Source of the DNA: Batkoa obscura
Taxonomy: Eukaryota
Assembly (NCBI GenBank): GCA_030770535.1
Contig: JASVEC010000014.1
Span: 124,001-188,000 of the forward strand
Reading direction: 5' to 3'
DNA: 64,000 bases
Shown here piece by piece: positions 11,558 through 25,943 of the stretch. The notes under the pieces were generated by a model. The model saw only the letters and a list, made by a program, of their open reading frames with translations. It searched no databases and had not been told where the DNA came from. Position 1 is the first letter of the stretch. Each line of letters begins with the position of its first letter. Both the position numbers and the translations under genes were made by a program.

Positions 11558-12349
11558 TGTTTATAAAATTATAATAAAAAGCAAAAATAAATTTTATTAT
11601 TATTCTATTTATTTATTCCCATTTTCCTAAAGGCGTCGTCATCTATTTCTAATAAACCCTAGTTTAGCTCATTTTAATTGGTCTTTTATTTGTCATTTAT
11701 AATTCTTATAGTCCATCCCTTATCTTTATCCTCCTTATGTTCTTTATAAATCATTTGATTGGATTCTCAACCTTTTATTTAAATAAATGATGACCTCATT
11801 ACTTTTTGATAGGGTTGGGGACTTAATTTTGATACTCATTTTTAAATTTTTAACAGCATTATCGATTATTTTATATAATAATTAAAGTTGTATTATAAGA
11901 TAATATTACAATAATTAAAAGTTTCTATGTCCAAATCAACAGGCCTGTTTGTTTAGTTGGCTCCTTTCATTTCCAAAAATAGAAGATTGAATTTTAAAGA
12001 AATCGCAGAAAAAATCATTTAGATTTTTTACTCAGATTTTTAATTTTATTCTTTTTGGTCAATCATAAATCTTTTAATGACGCACTCACTCATCGCTTCA
12101 GCTTTTCAAAGTTATTGAGTTGATAAAAATACAAAAAACAACTCGTAAAGTTTATTTTATAATATGTTTCATTTTAGTTTTACAATTTTATTATTAATAC
12201 CTATTATTAAAAATTAAAAATTAACTTTATAGTTAGACTATAATAGGCAATATAAAATAATATAAAAATGTGTTTGATAATATAAATTAGTAGAAATTGC
12301 TAAAGAACTTGTGATAATTAAAAGATGAAATAAAAGTCTGCTTGTTTTA

Positions 12350-13213
12350 TTATAAACCTTCTTTTTTTTCAAGTTGATCCTTAACAATTTTTTGTACCAT
12401 TTTATAAATGACTGAATCTTCATTTTCCAAATCATTAGTTAAATTATTAGCTACTATTTTATGAACATATTTTCCGAGCATATCCACTTCTAAATTTACT
12501 TTATCACCAATTTTTTTAGTGGGCATGATCACATGAGCTTGGGTAAAAGGGATCATCATAATAGTAAACGCATCCTCAAATACATCACATACTGTTAATG
12601 AGGTACCATCTAAACATACATATCCTTTCGCTACTATATATTTCATATGTTCTTTATCCACTTTAAATTTATACCATATTGAACTTTTTTCTTGGGTTAC
12701 TTCTATAATCTCTATTGTATCATCAACATGACCCTAAATAAAGAACAAATTTAATATTTTAATAGTTCGATTTATAACAACTATAATTACCTGTACAAAA
12801 TGACCGCCAAATCTAGTCACTCCTAACGAGGCACGTTCTAAGTTTACTTTAGAGTCTACGGATAATTCAACTAAAAATAAATAAGCTGTTAATATTTTTT
12901 TAAAATATAATTGACTATAATTATTACTTAAATTAGTTCTTCTTAGAGTTTCAGGTGCTAAAGTTACTTTGAAAGTGTCTTCGTTGAATTCGGTTACTGT
13001 TAAACAGGTACCTAATTTTCATTGTTATTATTAATCTTATTGAAGTTTTATTTTCTTACCATTCACAGCAATACTATCCCCTAATTTACAATCTTGTAAA
13101 ATTTCACCTGCGTTGCCAATAGTAAGTGAGTGGGAGTTACCACCTTCTTCGGTGGTATCCAATACTTTGATATCTAAAATAGTACCTATGTGCTCCACTA
13201 ACCCTGTAAACAT
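12350..13213 (-). CDS. RIB5: Riboflavin synthase, multi-exon
   Basis: N-terminal MFTGLVEHIG, GDSIAVNG, RFGGHFVQGHVD, KGYVCLDGTSLTV, VNLEVDMLGKYV. Confidence 0.95.
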
Positions 13214-13499
13214 TTTTGTTTTGCTTTATCTTAAGTTAAATAAAAAATATGCTTTGAGTTTTTCCAATTTATATAATTTTTCGGATTTATTCTTGAGTTG
13301 ATTTCTAAGCAATATCTAAATACCTCCTGATATTTTTTGTTTGTGTTCATTTGCTTATTAATTTCTTGAAAGGTCATGTAATGATAATAATGTACATATG
13401 GTAGAATGTAATATAAAATAAACATGATAGCAAATATAACAATCAATAAAAAACACAAAAAATATTTAATAAAAGACAAAAATAAAGAGATATAAAATT

Positions 13500-14150
13500 T
13501 CATTCTCGATTAAATCTTCTTAGAGCAAACTCTTTAGAACTTTCTCTTTCCTTTTCATGTTTTGGATCAAAGTCATATTCTATTTTTAAAGCTTTACGGA
13601 TCTCATCTAATGGTTTATCTAAAAAGGTCAAATCTTATAAACTAAATAAATTAAAATGTAATAATTACTTCTCATCCAAGCTGCAACTAATCGGCATGTA
13701 GCCTCTAAGCATAATTCTAAATCCAACTCTTGACATGCCTATTAAAGCACTATTATTTGAATAAATAAATGAAAGTAGAATTTAATTACCATTATCATTT
13801 CAACCAAAGCTTCAATTTGGGTAGGGAAATGTTGGGCATCCCACTCCTTAATATAACCATTTCTGATTTCTTCTGTAGTTAACTGATAATCTTTATAATG
13901 ATGATAGTAGCCAAATATTTTATCCAAGGTAAATCTCTTATGCCTTATGTATACTAAACATTCGTTAGTTAAATCAGTTTTTGAGACACCTTAAAAAATT
14001 ACTTTGCTCTGCTTCTTCTGGGCTTTTTCTATATGTTGCAAATATGCTTGCCATGGCAGCGCCTGTATTTTCCATATGTGATGGTACCTCATAAATTTCA
14101 TAGTTTTCAATAGTAATCTTTGGTTGCACCAAATTCTTTTTTTCTTTCAT
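13500..14150 (-). CDS. Divergent Skp1-family protein, 4 exons
   Basis: Spliced product TLDKIFGYYHHYKD..KEWDAQHF..LVEMIMACQELDLELCLEATCRLVAAWMRNKPLDEIRKALKIEYDF follows the Skp1 pattern. Confidence 0.8.
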
Positions 14151-14261
14151 TTTGTATATTAAATAATGAGTATTCTTTAAGGATAAAAATTTTAAAAATT
14201 AAAAGCTTTGAATTTTGAATTTGTGCAAATTTATAAAACTTTAATTTAAACTATTGTTTTG

Positions 14262-15982
14262 ATGTTACAATTATTCGATGAAAGTATAAAGGATAGCAAC
14301 TTAAAAAAAGCATTAAAACAAAATGGATATATAACTGCTTCACCTATCCAACAAAAAATATTAAACTTAAACGAAGAAGATAGTAAAAAAGATATATTAA
14401 TACAAGCAAAAGCTGGTTTAGGAAAGACATTAGCTTTTTTATTACATTTGGTTCTAAACAGTGAATTTGATGAAAGTGTAATTGGATTGATCATAGCGCC
14501 TACTAGAGAAGTTGCGATCCAAACAAGTACAATTTTCAATGATATAATAAAGATTTATAACCCCAAAATCAATATTCAACATTTTATTGGAGGTAATCCC
14601 ATTGAGCAAGATATTAAAAATGTCGAAGAATGTAATTTTGTGGTTGGTACGCCAGGTAGAATTAAAGCAATCATACAGAAAAAGAGGCAGTTTTTCGAAA
14701 AGGTGCAATTTTTTTGTCTTGACGAAGCAGACAAACTTATGGATAAAATATTTGAAATGGATTTAAGGTAAGGTCTTTGTCATTATTAAGATTTGAGATT
14801 TATATATTTCCAAGTTTTATCAAACAGAGCTTGCCCACTCAAGTTAAAATGGTCGTTACTTCAGCTACATTTGAAGAGGAAAAACTACAGTTGTTAGAAA
14901 CCAAATACTTAAAAGAAACGATTTATTTAATGGCTGATGGCGAAGATGTAAATTTAAAAGGGATTCAACAACATTATGTCGATCTAAGGGATAAATTGGA
15001 AGAAAGATCAATATATGAACAATTGGAATACAAAATGCAACACATTGGCAAAATATTAAAAAGTATTAAGTTTTACCAAGCTATTATTTTTTTAAATAAA
15101 CCTGCTAAGTAAGAGTTTTTTTTATTTAATAGTTAGTGTGTTCATAGCATTATTTTAGATGTTTAGAATTAGTTAATATGCTAGAAGAAGATAATTGGCC
15201 GTGTACTTATATTTGTGGTAAATGAATAGTTCAATGTAGTATATGGATTAATATTAATTATTACAAAGGTAAATTGACTCAGTCTGAACGTAAATTAGCT
15301 ATGGATAAAACGCGTAATTTTAATGTGAGAGTATTAATCAGTAGTGATTTGGTAATAAAATAATAGCATTATTATAGTTGTATTACTAATTTTATTAACT
15401 GAAAGATATCTCGGGGAGTAGATATAGCAAGGGTAGATTTAATTATAAATATAGAGTTACCAAAAGACATAGAGACGTATTTACATCGAATTGGTAGAAC
15501 AGGAAGATTTAATACTAGTGGCATCGTATTAAATTTAGTTAGTAATCAAAATGAATTTAATAATATTATTAAATTAAAAGAAGAATTTAAAATGGATCTA
15601 AATTTAAGTCAATTAAATCAAATAAATCAAATTCAAAATCAACGTAAACTATTAAGCGTTGATGTGCCCGCATTTTCTTCTCTTTTAACTTATAAATCAA
15701 AAAGAAAGGTAGCTTAAAATTACATTAGTTGGTAAAATAAGTGCTAATTTTTGCTTTTAGGAACTAAACCATAAGAGTGAGGATAATAATGTAATTAAAC
15801 AAATAGAATCTAGGAAAAAAGCCAAAAAAGATAACATAAACAAAAGCAAAAGTAAAGAAGAAAATAGTAGTGATAGTAATTCTAATGAACATAATAATGA
15901 ATATAATTACAACGAATACATTTATAACAACTATTATTATAATGGAATTTATAATTTTTGGTTACAGCATTTCAATAAATAG
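14262..15982 (+). CDS. DEAD-box RNA helicase, DDX20/Gemin3-like
   Basis: [48 protein letters not shown]; subfamily assignment is tentative. Confidence 0.85.
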
Positions 15983-16017
15983 AAAAATAAATGAAATAAA
16001 AATTCATGAATGTTTAA

Positions 16018-18684
16018 TTAAATATCTTCTTCCTCTTCTTCATCTTCAAAATCTAATTCTTCATCGTCATCATCACCTTCAATTTGTAATAAAAGATCAT
16101 TATTACTATTATTAGTTGTTTTAGTTAATTTTGAATCCTCCTTTTTAATCGGATCATCTAAAAAGTCTAAATCTAATTCCTGTAAATCATTCTTCCAATA
16201 ATTCCAGTCATTATAATCAGTATTAAATGTATTATCTGTAGGTGGGAATATTTGATCAACCAAATCGGTTAGTTTTATATACCTAATAATAACAAAAACA
16301 TAAGTATTTAAAATAACACAATATAAATAACGTTATTACGATGAATTATAACCTATAATTAGCTCATGTTGTATATCACCATTATAATCTATAGTAAATA
16401 TTCTTGACACTGGTACATGAACTGAGCGGTAAGATAGAGCATCCTAAAATATAATTGAATAAATACTACAACACTATAATAGTATATACTTACTGTTATA
16501 CGATTACCAAATCCAGCATAAAAAGCAGTTTGATTATTCCCAAATAAAGACAAAATATCTTTTAAACACGCCATTTTAAACAAATGGGGTTTACGTAATA
16601 CTACTTCTCTATTTAGCCATTAGTAACAATAACAATAGTTCAAATAAGGTTACCATACCTATGAAGTGATTGAAACAAACGATCAGGTGACATAATAACA
16701 GGACCATCAGGTAATTGATATTGATTTTGATCAATTCCCTTCAAATATTCTCTAGTAGAATCGGCCTAAAAAGCATTAGTAAATTATAACTAAAGTTTTC
16801 ATAATAAATTTACTTGTCCAATAGCTCTTGATGTTAAATACATCAATTTGTACCCATTTTTTTGAATATCTGTATATAGCTTGGCTACACCTGGATGGGT
16901 CCAATCTTTTCCTACCATATTGAAAATGTGACCTAACGCATCGGATCTAATATAATGAATATGTATAAGTACATATTAGTAGAGTAATATTATTTATAAT
17001 TACTTAGTTATAGTTCCATCAATATCCGAAATGACGATCATGTCATAATAATTCCATAAAAAGATACGAGAGATACAAGAAGCTTTACCGACAGTAAATT
17101 TTACAATGTTAGCACCTGGAAGGAGTCCAATTGTTTTCTAACTAAAGTTAATAACTATAAAATAATAGCAAATAAAACTTACCAATTGGTCTGAAGTTAA
17201 TCTTAAAGTTTTTGCAAAGTTGGATCTCTTCGTTCTAGTTAATTGCTAAAATACCAATAATTAGCATTAGATTATTATTATGCTATTATATTATCAACTT
17301 ACATTTTTATTTTTAGTTATTTTTTCTTTGATTTCAAGTGGTGCACTATCTTCATCGTCAGAAGACAATGCTAGATTTTGCGCTGATTTTCTAAACCATG
17401 AGGTCCATCTTCTATATGACCCATAACTTGTAGTGCTATCAGTTTTATGAATGCTAAAGAGTGTATAATTTAATATGATTTAATTATTATTGGCAATTAT
17501 TTGATAAGTACCTAGATTCTTCATTAAATTTATAAGTCATCTCTGAGTCAGAATAAGCCATTGAAGCATTCGCTAAAACAAGATCATTATTAATTAAATC
17601 TCATTGATATAGTATCCATAATATTTACAATAATGATTAGAATACTCTTCTTCATCTGAAAAAGTATTATCTCCATCTGAACGAACTTCTCGGTCATCTT
17701 GATTGTGTCGATAACTTTGATTCAAATCTTCGTTTGATAAATGGAATTTGTGACTTAACCCTATCTTATTGCTAGTACCACTACCAGATTCGAGCTCACT
17801 GCTGTTTAATATATTACTCTTCTTTCCTACAGTTCTTGTATTATATCCTTTTTTATCTAAGATCAAACCTTCGCCCCCTTCTTGTACTTTGTTATCAACA
17901 ATTTCACCTAATTTATCTTATTTAGTATTTATTGTTTAAGTTAATTTTTGTAAATACCGTTTGATAAATGTTTTCCATTATTATTATAATTCTTTAATGG
18001 ATTTACTAGAACAATTAATTATTATTATTATTATTTATATAAACTTACTTTCTAACTCTTTTTCTTCACTTTTTGGCGATTCAGCTATCATTTTTTTAAA
18101 TAAATATTATATTTATGTTTAGCATACTTACTAAGTCCATTTGTTAATTGAGATTCTGGTAACGCGAAATAGTCTAGTTCCTAAATTACACTGTTTAATC
18201 TTTATCAATTTATTATTATTGTTGTTTACTTCAGTATTAGTATCTTCATCATCTGGTGTCATAAGAGGCGAAGTTGCAAACTCAGAAGGTACTGGATCCT
18301 TTAAAATAAACAAGCATAAATAAAGAGGATTACAGAATTAAAAGATAATAAATTACTTCAGTTTCAAAAACAAAAAATGCTTCCCCAGACTCCCCTAACT
18401 TCATTCTATAATCTATTTTTTTACCATTAATCTCTAGTTCTACCTATTGATGGTTATGAGTTAGCATTGTATGATATTATTATAAACTATCATTTAGCAC
18501 TTACAACTTTTTCGTGAGGTCTTAACAATTGTAATAACCCAAATCTAACGTGAAATGGAGAACAATGTAAGCTTTCGTCTTCATGTTTTACACAAATGAC
18601 ATCAATAGCTCCCGATAGAGTACTTGGGTTCAATTCTTTATAAAACTCAGTAACTGTATTAAATAAGGTTCCAACGTATTGCAT
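16018..18684 (-). CDS. PAH1: Lipin / phosphatidate phosphatase, multi-exon
   Basis: [63 protein letters not shown]. Confidence 0.95.
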
Positions 18685-18945
18685 AGTTTAAAAAGTAAAG
18701 TTTATAAGACTGAATTTTGTATTATTTAAATAGAATTAAAATTATTTTTTCGCTATTCAGTACCGGATAAAATTTATTGCTTTGCTGTTTGATTTTGATT
18801 GCCTTTTACAGGCTTTTTAATCCATTTTTTGAGGTATAACTTAGTGCTATGAAATTCAAACTCAAAATAAAAGTGCAAAAGTGGCAAAGCCCCTAATTTA
18901 TGCAATTTTAATATGTAAAGTTAGAGTTTACTAAAAATTATATAG

Positions 18946-19358
18946 CAAAAATTTGAGATTGCCTTTCACTTTATTATGGTAATTACAGACGTTTTTTGAA
19001 TAAAATAGATAGTTAACTTTTATCTAATAGAACGGAAAAGAAAGTAAATTAGAAAGATTTGAATCTTTAAATCAAGAGTTTAGTCAATTTGTTTTACCAG
19101 TTGATGGGTATACAAATAATTCTAAGGCAGTTGACCAAGGAATTGAAGCTGCTAAGAATGCTGGGGAACAGGTTGAAAAAATCGTGTAAGTATTAAGTGT
19201 TGTAATTTAACTTTCTAATTTTGCCTTTTCTTAGCGAGATTGTTAAAGCTGGTCAACCATTTAGATGGAGAGACCATCGGCTTGATTTAGATGAGTTTTC
19301 CGTATGTGGCAATTTGAAAAATGTTAAGATAAGCGATATTTTAAAAGATATAAAATGA
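18946..19358 (+). CDS. Hypothetical spliced protein; start not resolved
   Basis: Three in-frame exons with GT-AG introns give QKFEIAFHFIM|NGKESKLERFE...EKIV|EIVKAGQPFRWRDHRLDLDEFSVCG...DIK*; divergent from PAH1. Confidence 0.45.
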
Positions 19359-21253
19359 ACTATAGTTTTAGTTGTTTTTAAAACTAGTTTTCTTTCAATA
19401 TCTGAGCAATACAATTAAATCAAAAAGTACTTTATTAATATTTTAAAATAAAACAAATGGCTAATGTACTGGCAATAGTTAAGGTAAATCTTTAAAATTG
19501 ATATTTAGGTTGTATAGCTTCTATTTAAATCTTGAGGGATAAAAATCGCAAGAATTGTATCTATTTAATGGAATTTATATAGTTTGTTTTATTTTAAATT
19601 ATAGCCTTTAAGTATATTTTAATAAGGTTGAATAATAAATTAGATATCATTTTTATTTTAACAGATTATATTAAAAATAATTCATTTAGGATTTTATATA
19701 ATAAATTATTTAGATAAACTATTAAAACTATAAGCTTGGGTACTTCATTTGTCATTATTGATTATATTATTTTTAAATAACAAAGTAAAATTATAGCTAA
19801 CTTGTAAAGTTAAAAAGAGGGCCTATTAGAGTTTAGCTAACAGCTAAAAATATTAGAATAGTATAGATAATATGACCAACCTCATTGTGAAATCAATAAT
19901 AAAAGACAAAACAAAGTAATAAGGCATATAAAGCATTTTAAAAGTTTAGTATAATATTCTCTTATTTTAGAAATTTAATTAAAGCAGAAATGATTCCATG
20001 TTTTATACAATTATAGTAAATTTTTTATTGTAGAATTATATCATAGTTTAATGTTTAATTATTCTAAAAAAAACTTCAATATCCCAAGTATTCAAAAAAA
20101 TATTTACTCTTTTGAATATTACAATGAAGACTATATTATTTAGTATAAAAGTTTATAAAAAAATACGATTTTTTGTATTTGAAATATACAATAACTTTAA
20201 AAACGCTGGTATTTATTTGAGCAGTAATAAATTTAATTTAATGTTTTTTTGTTTTAATAATTTGTGCACTTTTTAAGGAGTCTAAAATTTAAAATCAATG
20301 AACAATAAGAAAAACATACCATTAAAGTTTTTACTTTTTTAATGAGGAATTTATTTTTCCAATCTTACAGTTTTATATAATTTTAGTAAATTTGTACTAA
20401 AGTATTGTATATTACTGCTACCACTCTGCTTTAAACCAGTTATATCCTAAATAATTTAAGAGTTAGCTGTCTGGGCTCACAGACAGCAGACTACTTATGC
20501 CTTTATCTAATTTAAAAAACAATTTCGGGGTTACTTTCATAACTATATCAACGCCAAAATTAAAGCTAAAATTAAAGCTAAAATTAAGGTATTGGTGGTT
20601 ATTTTTGACAGTAGAGTTCTGCCGTTAAATCGATTATTTTTATAAAACCTGTTTTACGGTTTTAGCATCACATTTTAATAAAGAAAGGTTAATGTTTCTC
20701 AATATATTGTTTATTGATGTAAAGTTATTCTGAGTTAAATTTATTTAATAGTAATTTTCTATTTGAATAAACGGTAAGTATATGCTAATAATTTTATCAT
20801 CATTGGAAATAAAATTTTATTTTGAATATTTAAAATAGCATATAAAGTAGCTGTTATCTTATTTATGAAACAAAGGAATAAAAAATAACTTAATACTGGC
20901 TCTAATTATTATTTTGCTTTTGAACCTAAAGTTAGCCAAAAACTACTAAGTTTAGAATTATTAAATATAAAGATTAGCATTTAGTCGGTTAAAAATTCAT
21001 TATATCGTATAATACTAATAAAAATATTATGAGACAAAACGGATAAACAGTAGACATTAAATTATAATTCAATTCTCATACCATGAAATCATTGTTAGCC
21101 ACAACTACTAAAAAAATAGTGATTATGAGTGGGGTGGTCATTAGAAGTCAATTTATCGGATAGAAAAGTAATTAAGTTTAAGCCAAACAATTATAGCTAA
21201 CTAATAAGAAAGTATAAAAAAGGGTTATTCTTTAAGTTCATGTTTATTAAAAA

Positions 21254-22819
21254 ATGAGCATTTTATTATATACTTTACTATTTGTGCTATCAGCCTTGAT
21301 TACTGTTTTTTATCAAGCATTTCGTGTTCCATCTGAATATAAGAAATTAAAAACAGTGCCTTTCCTTCGATTCCTTCATCAAATTATTACAAGAGTGGAA
21401 TTACCTCAAAGATATGAAAAGCTATACCGTCCGATCCTCGATAAAAATGGCTATGGGCTCATATGGCAATCAATGGGATGGAATTTGATTGTTACATCCC
21501 ATAAACAGATTAAAGAAATAATGCTTAACACAGAGGATTTTCACAAGAAAGATGACACTCAAACGGACTATGGACAGTTATTATTTAAAATTTTTGGCAG
21601 ATCAAATATTGTATTTTCTGATAAGGATGAGTGGAGACATCATCGTAGAGTAGTAAATCCAGCTTTTAAGAAAACATGGAGTATAGACATTTTTGCTGAA
21701 AGTGGCAAAGAGTTAATTGATAAAATTGAAGCAAGCAATAAAAAGCAAGTTAGTATACATAGTATGCTTCAACGATTGACTCTAGATGTTTTAGGCAGAG
21801 GTTTATTCAGTTATGATTTTTACGCTTTGAAGAACGGTGATAAAGATAAAGGGTTAAAACTATATAATCAAACTATGAATGGAATGAATGATTTTATATA
21901 CTTTGTCTTTCCTATCTTGGAAATGTTAGTCCCAGCTCGTAGAAAAGTCCACAAGGTTGCTGACGAATACAAATCATTTCTCTTAAGCATCATTGAAACA
22001 AAAAAGAAAGAGGTTGAATCTGGAGACATTAAAGATGATATTGTATCTTTAATGATTAAAAGCTCTTTAGACTCTGGCGAGAATGCCTTAACTAACCAAG
22101 AAATTTTACATAATTTGTCTCTCTTTTTTGTAGCTGGACATGATACTACTGCAAATACCTTAACTTCAACCATTTACTTTCTAAGTAAATATCAGGTAAT
22201 TTTTTCTATAAATAAAGTGGTATAAACTAATTGATTTTATATAGGATATTCAACAAAAAGTACGTGAGGAGATATTGAGTGTAGTTGGACATAGTGATGA
22301 AATGAAAACACCAACTCATGAACAGCAAAAGGACTTAAAATACCTTATGTGCGTAATTAAGGAAAGTATGAGATTTACACCAGCAGTAACTCAATTGCGT
22401 CGTTTTCCTGCAAGAGATCTTTGTTTGAGTGATGGTACAATGGTTAAAAAAGGAATGCCAGTTCTTTTACCAGTTTACTTACACCATCGTAACCCAGAAA
22501 TATTTTCCAACCCAGAAGAGTTTAATCCAGATCGATTTGAAGATCCCTATAACAAAGAATCTAATGCTTGGATGCCTTTTGGAATGGGAACAAGAACATG
22601 TAGGATTTTATTTATAATGAAATGATTTTACTTATATTTTAATTAGGCGTTGGTATTAACTTTTCTTTAATTGAGCAAAGAGTTATCCTTTCTATGCTTT
22701 TGCAAAAATATGACCTTAAACTTGGTCCTGAATGTTCTAAGTGGAGTCATGATAAATACAATGCAAATGGACTACTTCATATTGATAATCCAGATATTCA
22801 CTTTATTCCACGCATCTAG
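21254..22819 (+). CDS. Cytochrome P450, 3 exons
   Basis: N-terminal TM helix, WRHHR, AGHDTT, KESMR (ExxR), PDRF, PFGMGTRTC|VG heme motif. Confidence 0.95.
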
Positions 22820-23403
22820 CCTCAGAACAAGCTAAACTAGTTTTAATAATTTGGACACCCATGTATGTGTAAATCTTTAAATTACATTGTCAAATAGGAA
22901 CTATAATAAATAAACAAAATTTGATTTTCAATGGTATCTCATGTTTTTTGTGTTTTTAGAAAGCCCAAAACTTAAAAATTCTTGACTGACAGCGATTACT
23001 AAATTATGTTACAGCTGTTTAAGTTAATATATGTGCTGATTAACCATATATCTACGAATGAAAATTTCAGTATTAAACTTCAAATTAATGTAATGACACA
23101 AGTTATTGATAATAGATCACCACCACGCACTACTTATTCAAATCAAGTAGATGTAAATAGATAAGTATGGGGTTTTCCTTTGGGAAGTTTAAGCATTGAA
23201 CTACTGACAGCACTATAAAGCTACAAGTTTGAAAGGTTAAGGTATAAACCAAAGCTCCTACCCTTGTGAATCTTAATTGTTATGCAACGAAATGATAGTT
23301 GATAGATACACCGAAAAACTGATAAGAGGTTCATTTCAGCTTAATCTAAAGTTTGTCCTTTAAATATATAGACAAAGGTTTGTATTACATTTATTATAAA
23401 TAC

Positions 23404-23543
23404 GAGGGTGTCTTTTTTTTTTTGCTTCATTGCTTTTTCCATCTGAGAATGTTTTTTTTGACTTCATAACTTTTTCCATCTTTTAAGCGCTATTTGAGTG
23501 GAAAAATTATTAGTAAAATTCTTAAACACAAAAATACATCCTC
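23404..23543. mobile_element. MITE A (23445-23543) preceded by a truncated second left end
   Basis: Duplicated left-end sequence then a full copy ending CATCCTC. Confidence 0.75.
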
Positions 23544-25051
23544 ATATATTATTCTCGATTGAAAACTGAAAGAATGGGAATAGTCAAACTCTTAAAGTAA
23601 TAATTTAATATATATAGTTATTCCATATTTAACACTATTTTTAATAAAATATCGTGAATAATAATTTTTTACATTTATTTATTAATACATTTTATATAAC
23701 AATCAAATTTGAAGATAGTCAAAAATGATAGATCTATCTAGAAAATAAAGATTGGTGTTTTGCTTGTAGTTTTAAATCAGGAATCAGGGTATACATTATC
23801 ATTGAATACTTCGATTTCATTATTTTAGCTTGCAGCAGCTAGAAGAAGAAAGTTTTTAAGTAGTTCTATAATTATTTTATGAACTTTTAAATGTTACATT
23901 AAAAACAGCGCCTTACCTACATTTATCAAATTTTTAAGATAAATCTAAGAATAAAAAATTTAGCCTTTTTATGCTTCTAGTACTGCTTTATAAAAAGCCT
24001 CAATTTAATCTGTAATAGTCATTTTTAAACTATTTTATTAATGTTTAGAATATTTAGCCTTTTTATAATTATAGCTTCCTCTATATTAGCATTAAGTTTT
24101 TATCGCTATTTAAAATAAAATCCATAAGAAAAATTTACGTTATAGTTTGATTTCAACATTTGATATTTTAATAACTTTATTAATAATGTCGAATTCAACT
24201 CCGGTATTTTATATATTTTTTATTATTACATTATATTATTTAATATTTAGGTTAAGCTAAAGTATAGCTTAGATTAATAAATATGATTGATAACTCTATG
24301 AAAAATATTTTGAATAAAAATAAATTTTATTTTTCAATACCTCGATTTAAATTATTACTTTTATAAAGCAGATGTGATACTAGGTATAATTGATTATAAT
24401 AGGTTATCTTTAAAAGGGAGGGAGTTCTTTAAAAAAATTTATAAAGTTACTTAGCAATTATGATATAAATTAGCCATGGAGTTTGTATTATCATTCTAGA
24501 ATTAAACGTTTTTAATTTTAGAATGATAATTTATATGAATTACTTATTTTAATAATAGAAAAATAAAATGTTCAAACTTTAATTGAGGTTATTATAAAAT
24601 TTATTTTTGGCATATGAATTTACTGTTTATTTAAACGGAATTGAAGCGACATAATGTGTAATTTTTAGTATAACCTATAGATAAATAAGATTAGCCTGAG
24701 ACTTTTTCATTATTTTAAATTCTTTAATACAATTAAATATCAACATCTAACTTCAGCTTTCAATATTATATATATTTGTCTCTTTTACAGCTAGTAAATT
24801 TTTAATTGGGAACTTAAAGGATATATTGCATAAAGATTCATTGATAAGATGAATGTTCACAATAAACTTGAAAAAAATATTATCTAACACTTTGATATTA
24901 ATCAAAATTAAGATATAAATGAAATGTCAATTAATCTATTCATGTCTTTTCGCTTTTAAAAAAAATTAATTTGATTAATTTACTTATAAGTACTAAATTG
25001 GCTAATTATGTATTAAAAGATGTAATCCGAAAATGAAATGATTTAATATAA

Positions 25052-25323
25052 GGGAGTGTTTTTTTACAATTGTCCATTTTACCACTTTTTTAATTTAGAA
25101 ATTAATTACCCAATATAGCCGTTTAAATTCGAATATGTACTAACTAGTGGTGACTTTTATAAACAACTATTTGTACCATCATAATGATTCCAATGTTCGT
25201 AGTTACATCTATTTTAAAATGAACAGTTAATTAACATACACTCAAGCTTGAGTAGCTTATATTAGATAATTAATTTTTAAATTAAAAAAGTAGTAAAATG
25301 GACAATTAGTGAAAAACATCCCC
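25052..25323. mobile_element. 272 bp MITE (family B) with ~68 bp TIRs
   Basis: GGGAGTGTTTTTTTACAATTGTCCATTTTACC... / ...AGTAAAATGGACAATTAGTGAAAAACATCCCC; TSD ATAA/ATAA. Confidence 0.85.
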
Positions 25324-25943
25324 ATAATTTTAATATAATAAAACTTATATCCAGTTTAAAATTCAGTTTACGCTGCCTATGATGTTATATATTAATATAC
25401 AAAATGCTTAATTAGTATGGGATAAAATGTAAGGTATTTGATAATGAATAAATTAATCAGTTTGGCTAATTAGCTTACCATTTAGAAGCTTTATCTCGAA
25501 GTTACTATGATGTTATTTTTTCAATAAACATGTTTTATATTTATCTTGGTCATATCACTAATTGAATTAATCTTTTTATTTTTTTCAATAATCCCTCATT
25601 ATTCATATTATATATTTGAAACTTTTCTGTTTGTATACACAAGTTCGATTTTTCTAAAATTACCATTTTTAGTTATTTAAAATAAAATAGGGATATTAAT
25701 AATTTTCATAATAGCTATTAAAGTTACTATCTATAATACTAGGCTTTATCAAAGAAATTGTCTTCTGACATGATTCTATCAATTTTCATATTCGAATAAA
25801 TCATGTGTTTATTTTGTATATAGTTAAAAGGGTGCAATATATATGGCAAAAATAAGATTGTAAAAAAAGCGAAGCCCAGAGCAGCAGACTGTAAATATAT
25901 AAATATGTAAGTAAACGCTGAATGAAAAAATTATAAAACTAAA

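Noticed and set aside
20466..20490. Perfect GC-rich hairpin GCTGTCTG-GGCTCA-CAGACAGC, candidate Helitron 3' end
   Set aside because: No CTRR terminus at the expected distance on either strand and no second copy in the window
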